Positions 47,548 through 59,267 of a stretch of 64,000 bases of DNA are shown piece after piece. Below the pieces are notes generated by a model. It saw nothing but the letters and a program-made list of their open reading frames with translations. It made no database searches and had not been told where the DNA came from. A program made the position numbers and the translations under genes. Source of the stretch: an uncultured Gemmatimonadaceae bacterium (lineage in GTDB: Bacteria; Gemmatimonadota; Gemmatimonadetes; Longimicrobiales; Gaopeijiaceae); NCBI GenBank assembly GCA_964545395.1, contig CAZJFX010000007.1, forward strand, positions 13,615 through 77,614, read 5' to 3'. How positions within the stretch are numbered: the stretch's first letter is position 1; every line of letters starts with the position of its first letter.

Positions 47548-48467
47548 GGGTGGGGGGGTGCAAGAGGGTCGTGTGGCGGGGCGCCAGCGTTACCTACGAG
47601 GGGATGCGGGAGCGAGTTCACGAGCGGCGCCTCGGGTACCGGGGTGGCCCGGTGTGCGCGTGCGCTCCGTGCGGCGTGCCTGCGGAAGAGGGACGCGCGC
47701 ACGCAGGGGAACCCGCCCGCGCGGGCCACCTCTGCCGGCGTGTATCCCGTTTCCCGCTTCATGGCCCGGGAGAGGGCGGTGGCGGTGGAGTAGCCCAGGC
47801 GGAGGGCGGCGTCCTCTACCGTTGCCCGGTCCCGCCCCACGAACGCGGCGGCCTGGAGGAGGCGTCCCCACAGGAGGATCCTGGCCGGCGAGGGGAGGCC
47901 AGCGTCCCTCAGGAGGGTGGCGAGACTCCGGGGTGTGTGTCCCACGGCGGCGGCGAGGCGAGCCACCGAGGGGGTGTCCACGGCGTGCTCCGCCGCCCAG
48001 GCCACGGCGGAAGTGGCAGGCGCGGGGTACCGGGGGCGCAGCGCCCGCTCCAGGCTCCGGGCCAGGGCGCCGGCGAGAGCGCCCTCCACGGATCTACGGA
48101 TCCCGCTGGCCCAGGGCGGTCGGCGGGCCAGGAGGACGCCGTCCACCCCGGCGGCGCCGAGGCGGATGAGATCCGGGTCCGACTCGTGTACGTCGGCGTA
48201 GGCGACCAGGGCGAGGCTGGGGTACCGGCGGCGGAGGCGTCGAATCTCGATCAGGGCTGCCTCGCGGCTAGGGGAATCCGCATCCACCAGACATCCGTCG
48301 GGTCCCATGCGGGCCACGAAGCGGCGCAACTCAGCCCACCCTCGCACCACGGAGACCGTATGGCCCGGGGAGAGAGCGTCCGCCAAGCGGGCCTCGGCCC
48401 GCGCGTCGGGTTGGAGTATGGCCAGATGCGCCAATGACAGCCCCTTGGCGGGGCGCCGGGGGCCCAT
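47544..48467 (-). CDS. AraC-family transcription regulator with REC-like N-terminal domain
   Basis: The C-terminal HTH is AALRLGYSTATALSRAMKRETGYTPAEV. The REC-like part is CLVDADSP...LALVAYADV. The stop overlaps the M28 start as ATGA. Confidence 0.65.
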   Translation of the reverse strand: MGPRRPAKGLSLAHLAILQPDARAEARLADALSPGHTVSVVRGWAELRRFVARMGPDGCLVDADSPSREAALIEIRRLRRRYPSLALVAYADVHESDPDLIRLGAAGVDGVLLARRPPWASGIRRSVEGALAGALARSLERALRPRYPAPATSAVAWAAEHAVDTPSVARLAAAVGHTPRSLATLLRDAGLPSPARILLWGRLLQAAAFVGRDRATVEDAALRLGYSTATALSRAMKRETGYTPAEVARAGGFPCVRASLFRRHAARSARAHRATPVPEAPLVNSLPHPLVGNAGAPPHDPLAPPHP

Positions 48468-48563
48468 GACGGCTCCCGACGGAGCCGCGTGGAGGGCCCG
48501 CCCGGGGGGGGCGGTGCGAAGATGCCGGTGTGGGCGCCGATCAGCAAGCGACCGGAACGGCCC

Positions 48564-48887
48564 TCACCCCATGCGCTCGAGGCGGACGGCGGTGCCGTAG
48601 CAGAGCATCTCGGCGGCGCCTCGCATCATCTCCACGGTCTGGAAGCGGACCGCCACAACGGCGTCCGCGCCCAGCGTCTCGGCCTCCTCCACCATGCGAT
48701 CGATGGCCTGCTCCCGGGTCTCGGCCATCATTTTCGTGTACTCGCGGATCTCCCCACCGGCCAGGTTGCGCAGCACCGCCAGGATGTCCTTCCCAAGGTG
48801 CCGGCAGCGGATGGTGTTGCCGCGGACCATGCCCAGGGTCTCCACGATGCGCATGCCGGGGACATCGGGGGTGGTGACGACGATCAT
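48564..48887 (-). CDS. YbjQ/UPF0145-family protein
   Basis: MIVVTTPDVPGMRIVETLGMVRGNTIRCRHLGKDILAVLRNLAGGEIREYTKMMAETREQAIDRMVEEAETLGADAVVAVRF... The ATG overlaps the anti-sigma stop as ATGA. Confidence 0.8.
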   Translation of the reverse strand: MIVVTTPDVPGMRIVETLGMVRGNTIRCRHLGKDILAVLRNLAGGEIREYTKMMAETREQAIDRMVEEAETLGADAVVAVRFQTVEMMRGAAEMLCYGTAVRLERMG

Positions 48888-49309
48888 CGCTGGATGTCCC
48901 GGTAGGGGTCGGTGAGCCACTCGCGGTAGCGTTCCCAGATGACGCTGGCCAGGAGGGCCAGGATGCCGATGACCACGGCGCCGGAGGCCAGCTTCTCCCA
49001 CGGCTCCACCGGGGATACGAGGAAGACGTAGACGCCGTACGCGGCCCAGATCGCCGCGCCGGCTATGGCCAGGATCCAGCCGATGGGCCGGGCCAGGTGC
49101 TGGTTCACCTCGTCCCACACCGAGCTGTGGTACGTCCCCGGGTGGAAGCTGATCTCCTGGAACCGGCCCTTCACCGCACGGAAGATGGCCGCCTCCCGCG
49201 CCAACTCGGTGGAGGTGGCGACGGCGTCCTGGACGCGCGCGTGCTCCTCCGGCGACAACTCGCCGTCGAGGAAGCGCATCAGGTCATCGTGGGTGACTTT
49301 ACCCGGCAC
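48884..49309 (-). CDS. Putative anti-sigma factor (membrane-spanning)
   Basis: The N-terminus THDDLMRFLDGELSPEEHARVQDAVATSTELAREA resembles an anti-sigma N-domain. There are two TM helices. It begins 12 nt downstream of the ECF sigma gene. Confidence 0.55.
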   Translation of the reverse strand: MPGKVTHDDLMRFLDGELSPEEHARVQDAVATSTELAREAAIFRAVKGRFQEISFHPGTYHSSVWDEVNQHLARPIGWILAIAGAAIWAAYGVYVFLVSPVEPWEKLASGAVVIGILALLASVIWERYREWLTDPYRDIQR

Positions 49310-49321
49310 GTCTCTTCGCTC

Positions 49322-49888
49322 CTACGGAAACTCCGCGCCCATCCCGTCCAGCGCGTCCCTGAGAGCGCGGCGGGCGTGGAACAAACGACTCGCCACCGTC
49401 CCCTCGGGGATGTCGAGGATCTGGGCAATCTCGTTGTACCGGAACCCCTGGAGCTCCTTGAGCACAAGGATCTCCCGGTGCTCGAAGCCGACCTTCTCAA
49501 GGGCCCGCCACAGGAGCTCGCTGGCGGCGGAGCGCTGACGGACCCGCTCGGGGCCCTTCTCCGCGTCCGCGGGCTTCAGCTCCAGGTTCTCGTCCAGCGT
49601 CTCCAGCTTGAAGCGCGCCTGCCGGCTGCGGAGCATGTCCCGGCAGTGATTGCGCAGGATCTGGAAGAACCAGGGGCCGAAAGGGCGCCGCAGGTCGAAC
49701 CGGTGCAGGGCTTCGTACGCTTTGACGAACGCATCCTGCAGGGCGTCCCTGGCGTCGTCCAGGTTGCCCAGCATGCCCGTGGCGAGGCGGAGCCCCGACG
49801 GTTCGTAGGCGCGGACCAATGGCTCGTAGAAACGAGCGTCCCCGGCCTTGCACTTGCGTATCAGTTCCCGCTCCAGATCAGGTTGCAC
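49322..49888 (-). CDS. ECF-type RNA polymerase sigma factor (sigma-70 family, group 4)
   Basis: Region 2 is DALQDAFVKAYEALHRFDLRRPFGPWFFQILRNHCRD. Region 4 is LKELQGFRYNEIAQILDIPEGTVASRLFHARRAL. The GTG start is preceded by GGAAGGAG. Confidence 0.85.
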   Translation of the reverse strand: MQPDLERELIRKCKAGDARFYEPLVRAYEPSGLRLATGMLGNLDDARDALQDAFVKAYEALHRFDLRRPFGPWFFQILRNHCRDMLRSRQARFKLETLDENLELKPADAEKGPERVRQRSAASELLWRALEKVGFEHREILVLKELQGFRYNEIAQILDIPEGTVASRLFHARRALRDALDGMGAEFP

Positions 49889-50017
49889 TGAAGCTCCTTC
49901 CTGTGGACGGGGATACGCACGACGGGGGGAATCTCTTCACTGGGGCCGGGGAAGTCCACGGTTTTCTCGTCGCGAGGTCGGGACCCTGGGGCGCCGCAAG
50001 CCCCACCCGGAGCCCCT

Positions 50018-53415
<3,398 letters not shown>

Positions 53416-53416
53416 C

Positions 53417-55180
53417 GTGGAGAACCTGGACGTCGCCAGGACGCTGGAGGAGTTGGCCGACCTCCTGGAGATCCAGGGCGCCAACCCCTTCCGCATCCGC
53501 GCGTACCGAAACGCCGTGCGCACCGTCGAGGGGCTGACGCGCCCGCTCCGCGTCATGGTGGAGGCGGGCGAGGATCTCACTCAGCTCCCGGGGATCGGGA
53601 AGGACATCGCCTCCCATATCGCCGAGCTGGTGCGCACCGGGCAGATCGGGCGGCTGGAGGAGGTGGCTGCCGAGATTCCCCGCTCCCTGGTGGAGCTCGT
53701 GCGCCTGGACGGGGTGGGCCCCAAGAAGGCGCGTAAGCTCTTCGACGCCCTGGGCGTGCGCACTGTGGACGACCTGGAGCGGGAGGTGAAGGGGGGACGC
53801 GTGGAGGGATTGGAGGGGTTCGGGAAGAAGAGCGCCGAGAAGATCCTGCGCTCCATCGAGGACCACCGCCGGCGCGTGGGTCGCTTCCTGCGCGACGACG
53901 TGGAGCAGCTCCTGGCGCCGGTGCTGGATCACGTTCGGGGAGCGCCGGGCGTGGAGCGGGTCGAAGTTGTCGGGAGCTTCCGCCGCCGCAAGGAGACCGT
54001 GGGCGACGTGGACCTGCTGGCGCTCTGCGACGGCGACGGCACCCCCGTGGTGGAGCACTTCACCGCGTACCCCGGAGCCGCTCGGGTGGAGGCGTCGGGG
54101 GGGACGAAAGGGAATGTGGTGCTCCCCTCCGGGCTCTCCGTGGACCTGCGCGTCATCCCCCGGCGCTCCTTCGGCGCGGCGCTCCAGTACTTCAGCGGCT
54201 CCAAGGAGCACAACGTCGCCATGCGGACGCGGGCCGTGCGCCAGGGGCTCCGGGTGAACGAGTGGGGCGTCTTCCGCGTGCCCGAGGGGGTGGACCCGGA
54301 CTCGTTGGGGAAAGAGGACGGTGAGCGCATCGCCGGCGAGACCGAGGAAGGCGTCTACGCTGCGCTGGGGATGGCGTGGATGCCGCCCGAGCTGCGGGAG
54401 AACCGGGGGGAGGTGGAGGCAGCGTTGGAGGGGAAGCTACCGGAGCTGGTCACCCTCGAGGACATCCGGGGCGACCTCCACATGCATTCTACGTGGAGTG
54501 ACGGTAAGGCCTCCGTGGAGGAGATGGCGCGCGCGTGCCTGGCGCTGGGCTACGAGTACTTCGCGCTTGCCGACCACAGTCAGGCCATGGCGATGGTGGG
54601 GGGCCTCACCCCCGAGCGCGCATGGGCCCAGTGGGAGGAGATCGCCGAGGTGCAGGAGCGCGTCCCGGAGGTCCGGATCCTGCGGAGCTGCGAGGTCGAC
54701 ATCCTCAGGGACGGGAGCCTCGACCTCCCCGACGAGATCCTCGCCGAGCTGGACGTGTTGGTGGTGTCGGTGCACACGCTCCTGGACATGGACAAGGCCG
54801 CCATGACCGAGCGCGTGCTCCGGGCGGTGCGCCATCCACTGGTGGACATCCTGGCCCATCCCACCGGGAGGGTCCTCAACCGCCGCGAACCCCACGCCAT
54901 GGACGTGGACGAGGTGCTCGCGGCGTGCGCCGAGGCGGGGGTCGCCGCGGAGGTGAACGCGAACCCGTGGCGCCTGGACCTCAACGAGGTCCACGTGCGC
55001 CGCGCGGTGGAGCTGGGGTGCAAGGTGGTCGTTTCCACCGACGCGCACTCGCCGCGGGGGCTCGAGCACATACGCTTCGGCGTGGACCAGGCGCGGCGGG
55101 GGTGGGTGGAGGCGAAGGACGTGCTGAACGCGCTGCCGCTGGCGGACCTCGAGGCCTGGCTGGGGAGGCGGGCTCGGTAG
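53417..55180 (+). CDS. DNA polymerase X family protein with C-terminal PHP domain (PolX)
   Basis: The GTG start lies 1 nt after the ligA stop. LADLLEIQGANPFRIRAYRNA...LPGIGKDIASHI...GSFRRRKETVGDVDLL... The PHP domain reads DLHMHSTWSDG...HPTGR...DAHS. Confidence 0.88.
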   Translation: MENLDVARTLEELADLLEIQGANPFRIRAYRNAVRTVEGLTRPLRVMVEAGEDLTQLPGIGKDIASHIAELVRTGQIGRLEEVAAEIPRSLVELVRLDGVGPKKARKLFDALGVRTVDDLEREVKGGRVEGLEGFGKKSAEKILRSIEDHRRRVGRFLRDDVEQLLAPVLDHVRGAPGVERVEVVGSFRRRKETVGDVDLLALCDGDGTPVVEHFTAYPGAARVEASGGTKGNVVLPSGLSVDLRVIPRRSFGAALQYFSGSKEHNVAMRTRAVRQGLRVNEWGVFRVPEGVDPDSLGKEDGERIAGETEEGVYAALGMAWMPPELRENRGEVEAALEGKLPELVTLEDIRGDLHMHSTWSDGKASVEEMARACLALGYEYFALADHSQAMAMVGGLTPERAWAQWEEIAEVQERVPEVRILRSCEVDILRDGSLDLPDEILAELDVLVVSVHTLLDMDKAAMTERVLRAVRHPLVDILAHPTGRVLNRREPHAMDVDEVLAACAEAGVAAEVNANPWRLDLNEVHVRRAVELGCKVVVSTDAHSPRGLEHIRFGVDQARRGWVEAKDVLNALPLADLEAWLGRRAR

Positions 55181-55185
55181 AGGAG

Positions 55186-55462
55186 TGTCACAAGTTCTGT
55201 GTGAATGGCCTGTTCATCAAGCGGGTATCCGTCCCTCGAAGACGATGGAGAGATGGTTTAGGGCGGCGGTGCAGTCCGAGACAGGCCGGCTCCACCGCTC
55301 GCTGGCTTTCATAACGGCTAGGTACAACACCTTCGTCACCGAGTCCGGGGTGGGAAACGCGCCCCGGTGCTTCGTCATCTTGCGGAGCTGGGCATTGACC
55401 GACTCCACCGCGTTCGTCGTGTAGATAACCTTCCGGATCTCGGAAGGATAGATGATGAAGTG
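55186..55462 (-). mobile_element. IS256 (mutator)-family transposase fragment, C-terminal about 80 codons only
   Basis: Minus-strand translation gives FIIYPSEIRKVIYTTNAVESVNAQLRKMTKHRGAFPTPDSVTKVLYLAVMKASERWSRPVSDCTAALNHLSIVFEGRIPA*. This matches the conserved IS256 C-terminus. The fragment starts 6 nt after the polX stop. Confidence 0.75.
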
Positions 55463-55652
55463 CTACCTGCCGGGGCTCCTTTGCTACCTTCACCACCGCC
55501 GCACCAATGCGTTGACCGAGGGCATAAACGCCAAGATCCAGAAGATCAAGTACCGTGCCCGCGGCTATCGGAACCGCGCCAACTTCCGACGCGCCATCCT
55601 GTTCCATTGCGGCGCCCTCGACATGAACCCACTCTGATTCCCGAAGAGCCGC
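55452..55652 (+). mobile_element. ISL3-family transposase fragment (C-terminal about 50 codons) with probable terminal repeat
   Basis: HHRRTNALTEGINAKIQKIKYRARGYRNRANFRRAILFHCGALDMNPL* matches the ISL3 C-terminal pattern. The downstream CCGAAGAGCC is the reverse complement of GGCTCTTCGG, an ISL3-like terminus. Confidence 0.65.
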
Positions 55653-56026
55653 TTCTATTTGGGGCTCCGTGGCCCATCGCTTCGTTCGGCGCTCCAGGGC
55701 CGCATAGCCTATCCCGGGGGACTCCGACCCTGTGGCCCAGCCCAGAAATCCAAGGGATGCTTTCCCCTGTAACCGATTCGCTTCTTCTTCCTCGATCCCG
55801 GCCTCACGTGCGCCCTGCTCGACCGCACGCTCGCCGATCCGCGCCCGTCCTACTCCGTAGCTTCCAGCCTATCCCTTTCCAGGGAAGACAAGCACATCGG
55901 GCTCGAACAGGTGGTTGCCGCCCAAGGCCGGTGGGAGGTCTAGTGTCTTTGTGTCGTGCCTCCACCGATCCAGGGCGCGGCCGGGCGTTGCGTTCCGCCT
56001 CAGCCGGCGCCGGACGATCCTGTGAG

Positions 56027-57232
56027 CTAGGCAGCGAGCAGTCCGAGGAAGGGGGCGACGTCGGTAACGATTCCGATGGTCTGCCAGCTTCCGCGGTCCG
56101 CCAGCTTCGTGACCACGGCTGGGTTGATGTCCACGCAGATCGTGGTCACGGTGGCCGGGAGCAGGTTCCCGGTGGCGATCGAGTGCAGCATGGTCGAGAG
56201 CATGAGGCACACGTCGGCATTCTGGCAGTGCGCTCGCATCTCGCGCTGCGCCACCATCACGTCGGTGATGACGTCCGGAAGTGGACCGTCGTCGCGGATC
56301 GATGCGGCGAGAACGAAGGGCGTTCCGGTACGCACGAGGGTGTGCATGAGGCCCTCGGTGACGATCCCTTGCTCCACGGCGCCAGATATCGAGCCTGCGC
56401 GGCGAACCGCGTTGATGGCGCGCAGGTGGTGCTGATGTCCGGCGGGCGTCGGGGTGCCTGTCTCGAGCGCCACGCCGAGCGACGTTCCGAACATCGCGGA
56501 TTCGATGTCATGGACGGCGACGGCGTTGCCTGCGAAGAGCACGGTGACGAAACCCCTCTCCACGAGCGTGGCGAGATGCTCGACCGCGCCGGTGTGGACG
56601 ACAGCTGGGCCGACCACGGCGATCACTGCGCGGCCCGCCGCGCGCGCCTGACGAAGGATGCGCGCGACTTCGGTGATGACGTGGGCCTTGGGCCTCTCGG
56701 ATGACACGGCGCTCGACATGAACTCGAAGTCATGGCTCTGACGGGGCCGCTCTTGCGGGTGGACACGGATGCCGGCGTGGCCCACCACGTACAGGTCCCC
56801 ACGACGGACGTCGGCCATGGGGATCGCTTCGGCCGAAGCGCGGTCAAGGCTCACCCGCACGCCCAGATCCATCTCCGGATTCGCCACGCGGACCCACACG
56901 CCTCCCAGCCGGACGTCCGTCTCGAGGTTGGTCGTGACGTAGAAGTCCGATGGCAGGACGCCGTCAGCTGGCGCCGGCGCGAGAGCGGCATCGGCGGAAT
57001 CACAGGCCACCGCCCCGTGCTCCTGGATCGCGACCAGGATGCTCTCGAGCTGCTTGCCGGTGTCTGCGCGGACCCTCAGCACCGCCACCGATGCGTCGCT
57101 GTTGGTGCGGCCGACCTCGAACGATAGCGTCTCGAATTCACCGCCGAGGGCGATGATCTGATCCATGACGCACGACATGATGCCCGAATCGATGAGGTGG
57201 CCTTCGACTCGGAAGTCTTCTGACACGGTCAT
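56027..57232 (-). CDS. TIGR00300 / LOR-SDH N-domain family protein (archaeal-type ornithine cyclodeaminase-like)
   Basis: The 401-aa protein starts MTVSEDFRVEGHLIDSGIMSCVMDQIIALGGEFETLSFEVGRTNSDASVAVLRV, the Saccharop_dh_N-type N-terminus. The C-terminal part is deoxyhypusine-synthase-like (VVGPAVVHTGA...VLFAGNAVAVHD). The family call is from memory. Confidence 0.5.
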   Translation of the reverse strand: MTVSEDFRVEGHLIDSGIMSCVMDQIIALGGEFETLSFEVGRTNSDASVAVLRVRADTGKQLESILVAIQEHGAVACDSADAALAPAPADGVLPSDFYVTTNLETDVRLGGVWVRVANPEMDLGVRVSLDRASAEAIPMADVRRGDLYVVGHAGIRVHPQERPRQSHDFEFMSSAVSSERPKAHVITEVARILRQARAAGRAVIAVVGPAVVHTGAVEHLATLVERGFVTVLFAGNAVAVHDIESAMFGTSLGVALETGTPTPAGHQHHLRAINAVRRAGSISGAVEQGIVTEGLMHTLVRTGTPFVLAASIRDDGPLPDVITDVMVAQREMRAHCQNADVCLMLSTMLHSIATGNLLPATVTTICVDINPAVVTKLADRGSWQTIGIVTDVAPFLGLLAA

Positions 57233-57339
57233 GGGCCTGATGCCTTCCGGGAGAGGTGATGTGGCTGACCGACGGCAGGACCGGGCAGGGTAGGGCGAGG
57301 AGTGTTGCGCGGCAAGCGGAGCGGACGCGGCGCTGTAGC

Positions 57340-58382
57340 GTTGAAATGGGAATGACCTCTTTCGGAGTCTGTTCGATGCGGGAGCGCGCACGGACCGGAG
57401 CCGGGGGTGGATGATGGCGGACGGCCGCTGGAAGCCAGGCCGCAAGCGCGCGCGCCACCGCAAGGCCAGGCCGCGCAGAGCCGCGTTCGGAGAACTGATC
57501 CAGTGGGACAGCTCCGAGCACAGCTGGTTCGAGAAGCGTGGCCCGAAATGCACCCTGATCCAGGTGCACGACGACGCCACCAACCGGCTCCTCATGTCGC
57601 GCTTCGTGCCCAAGGACGACGGGGTGTCCAACCGGCAGGTCGCCATCGACCGTACCGAGTCCATCATCCGCAGGGCTCTGGCCCAGCTCAACGTCGCCCT
57701 CATCCTGACCCAATCCCGCCAGGCCAAGGGCCGCATCGAGCGCGACTTCGGCACCTCCCAGGACCGCCTGGTCAAGGAGTTGCGCGTCGCCGGCGTTTCG
57801 GACCTCGACGAAGGCAACCGCTTCCTCGAGGAGGTCTACATCCCGTACTGGAACGAGCGCTTCGCCGTTGAGCCCACCCTCGCCCAAGACGCCCACCGCC
57901 CCTGCCCAGGAAGGCCAACCTTTACGTCCTCTTCGCCGAGACCTGGACCTGCGGCGTCGCCCACGACTTCACCATCCGCTTCCTCAACCGCCGGCTCCAG
58001 ATCCCAAAGAACCAGGCCCGCGGCATCCGCCCCGGTCACAAGCTGACCGTCCAGCAGCGCCTCGACGGCTCGCTCCACTTCCGCTTCGCCAACCGTCGCC
58101 TCCTGCCCGAACCCATCCAAGAACGTCCGGAGGCCGGACCTATCAATCACCGCCGCATCAGGCCCAAAGCGGCTCCGGCTCCCCAGCCCGCCAAACCCCG
58201 GCCGATGCCTCCCAAGCCCACGGCCGACCACCCGTGGCGGCGAGGCAGCGCCCTGCTAGCCAAGCCGTCCTTGATCGCCAAGCTGCGAAGGGCGCCCTCC
58301 GCTACGCTCCGGGCGCCCTTCGCAGCTTTACCCCTACCACGAACCCTGAACACCCCACGGGGAAGGTCATTTCTATTTCAAC
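57340..58382 (+). mobile_element. Degenerate IS (rve/DDE integrase-type transposase, ISNCY-like) with intact 19-bp inverted repeats
   Basis: IRL is GTTGAAATGGGAATGACCT (57340-57358). IRR, reverse-complemented, is GTTGAAATAGAAATGACCT (58382-58364); they match at 17/19. Transposase blocks: GELIQWDSSEHSWFEKRGPKCTLIQVHDDATNRLL, SRQAKGRIERDFGTSQDRLVKELRVAGVS, and YIPYWNERFAV...AHRP. After a frameshift come LYVLFAETWTCGVAHDFTIRFLNRRLQI and ADHPWRR. The N-terminal HTH and part of the catalytic core are missing. Confidence 0.7.
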
Positions 58383-58483
58383 AGATCCCTGGTCTTTTCT
58401 AACCCAAGGCAGCACCATCCGGTCAGGGTGACATCGCACGCGGAGGCGGCGCGAGCCCTGTCCCCCACACGTGAGGTCGAGCT

Positions 58484-58903
58484 GTGGAGACGATGGGAGC
58501 ATCCTGCCGCACGCCTATCTTCGCTTCGAGAATCGTCCTTCTCGCCGCGACGGCGCTGTTGGCCCAGGCGTGCGCGGGCACGTCGGGCGCCAATCCCTTT
58601 CGCACCCGCATCGAGCGTGAGCCGACTGTTCTCGAGGTAGACAACCGCCATTGGGCGGACATGACCATCTCGGTTCGCCGAGGAGGCAGCCTCGTGAGGC
58701 TGGGGCTGCTAACCACGAACGGCAGCCGGCGATTCAATATCCCTACGGAGGCTGCTGCGGCCGGAATGTCGGCCACGTTCCTGGCGGATCCCGTGGGATC
58801 GGGATCTATCTACGAAAGCCCGCAGGTGACGCTGCTGGCAGGCGAGGTCTACGTCTGGACTCTGGCGGTGAGCGTGGAGCAGTCGACGTTGGTGCGCCGT
58901 TGA
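58484..58903 (+). CDS. Hypothetical lipoprotein
   Basis: The lipobox is LLAATALLAQAC. The mature part is beta-rich and distantly resembles 13556..13972. The start is GTG at 58484 or ATG at 58493. Confidence 0.5.
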   Translation: METMGASCRTPIFASRIVLLAATALLAQACAGTSGANPFRTRIEREPTVLEVDNRHWADMTISVRRGGSLVRLGLLTTNGSRRFNIPTEAAAAGMSATFLADPVGSGSIYESPQVTLLAGEVYVWTLAVSVEQSTLVRR

Positions 58904-59232
58904 GGTTAGCGCGAGTGCTTCTTCTCGACGCCCGCCCCTCGAGACTTGGACCGCCACTCCGTCTCCTGTCGGCTCGCGCTCTTGTTGCAGGCGTCGAAGG
59001 TGCTGCCGCCTTACACACACCAACTCTGCACCCGGGGTGCCGAGGGCAACCCCGCCTGGCCTGGCGGGGCAGCACCAGGCGATCCCGCACTCGTTGGCCT
59101 GACGTCGGCATCGCCTCCCTTGGTCCCGCTCCGTCCGGGTTTCAGCCTCACAGACGATTCGGAGGAGGACCTTCCTGCTTCGGCCACGTTGGCCATTTCC
59201 ACTGCAACGTCACAAAGGGCATCGACCAACCC

Positions 59233-59262
59233 TTGACTTCCCCCGGCGATGCTCTGTAGACT
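59233..59262 (+). promoter_or_regulatory. Putative sigma-70-type promoter
   Basis: TTGACT (59233-59238), an 18-nt spacer, then TAGACT (59257-59262). Confidence 0.4.
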
Positions 59263-59267
59263 GCCCT

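Noticed and set aside
44815-47793. 992-aa plus-strand ORF, and the similar long ORFs 15807..17855 (+), 34003..35994 (+), 51505..53580 (-), 3713..5179 (+), 19985..20560 (-), 31229..32455 (-) and 55367..56704 (+).
   Set aside because: Each lies antisense to, or out of frame with, a gene carrying strong family signatures (M28, DASS, LutB/LutC, LigA, RDD, HrpB, and so on). Each has Arg/Pro/Gly-dominated composition. I treat them as GC-driven artefacts.
55653-56026. About 375 nt between the ISL3 terminus and the TIGR00300-like gene, examined for further transposase or integrase fragments.
   Set aside because: Translations in all frames gave no motif I could recognise. The region is left unannotated.
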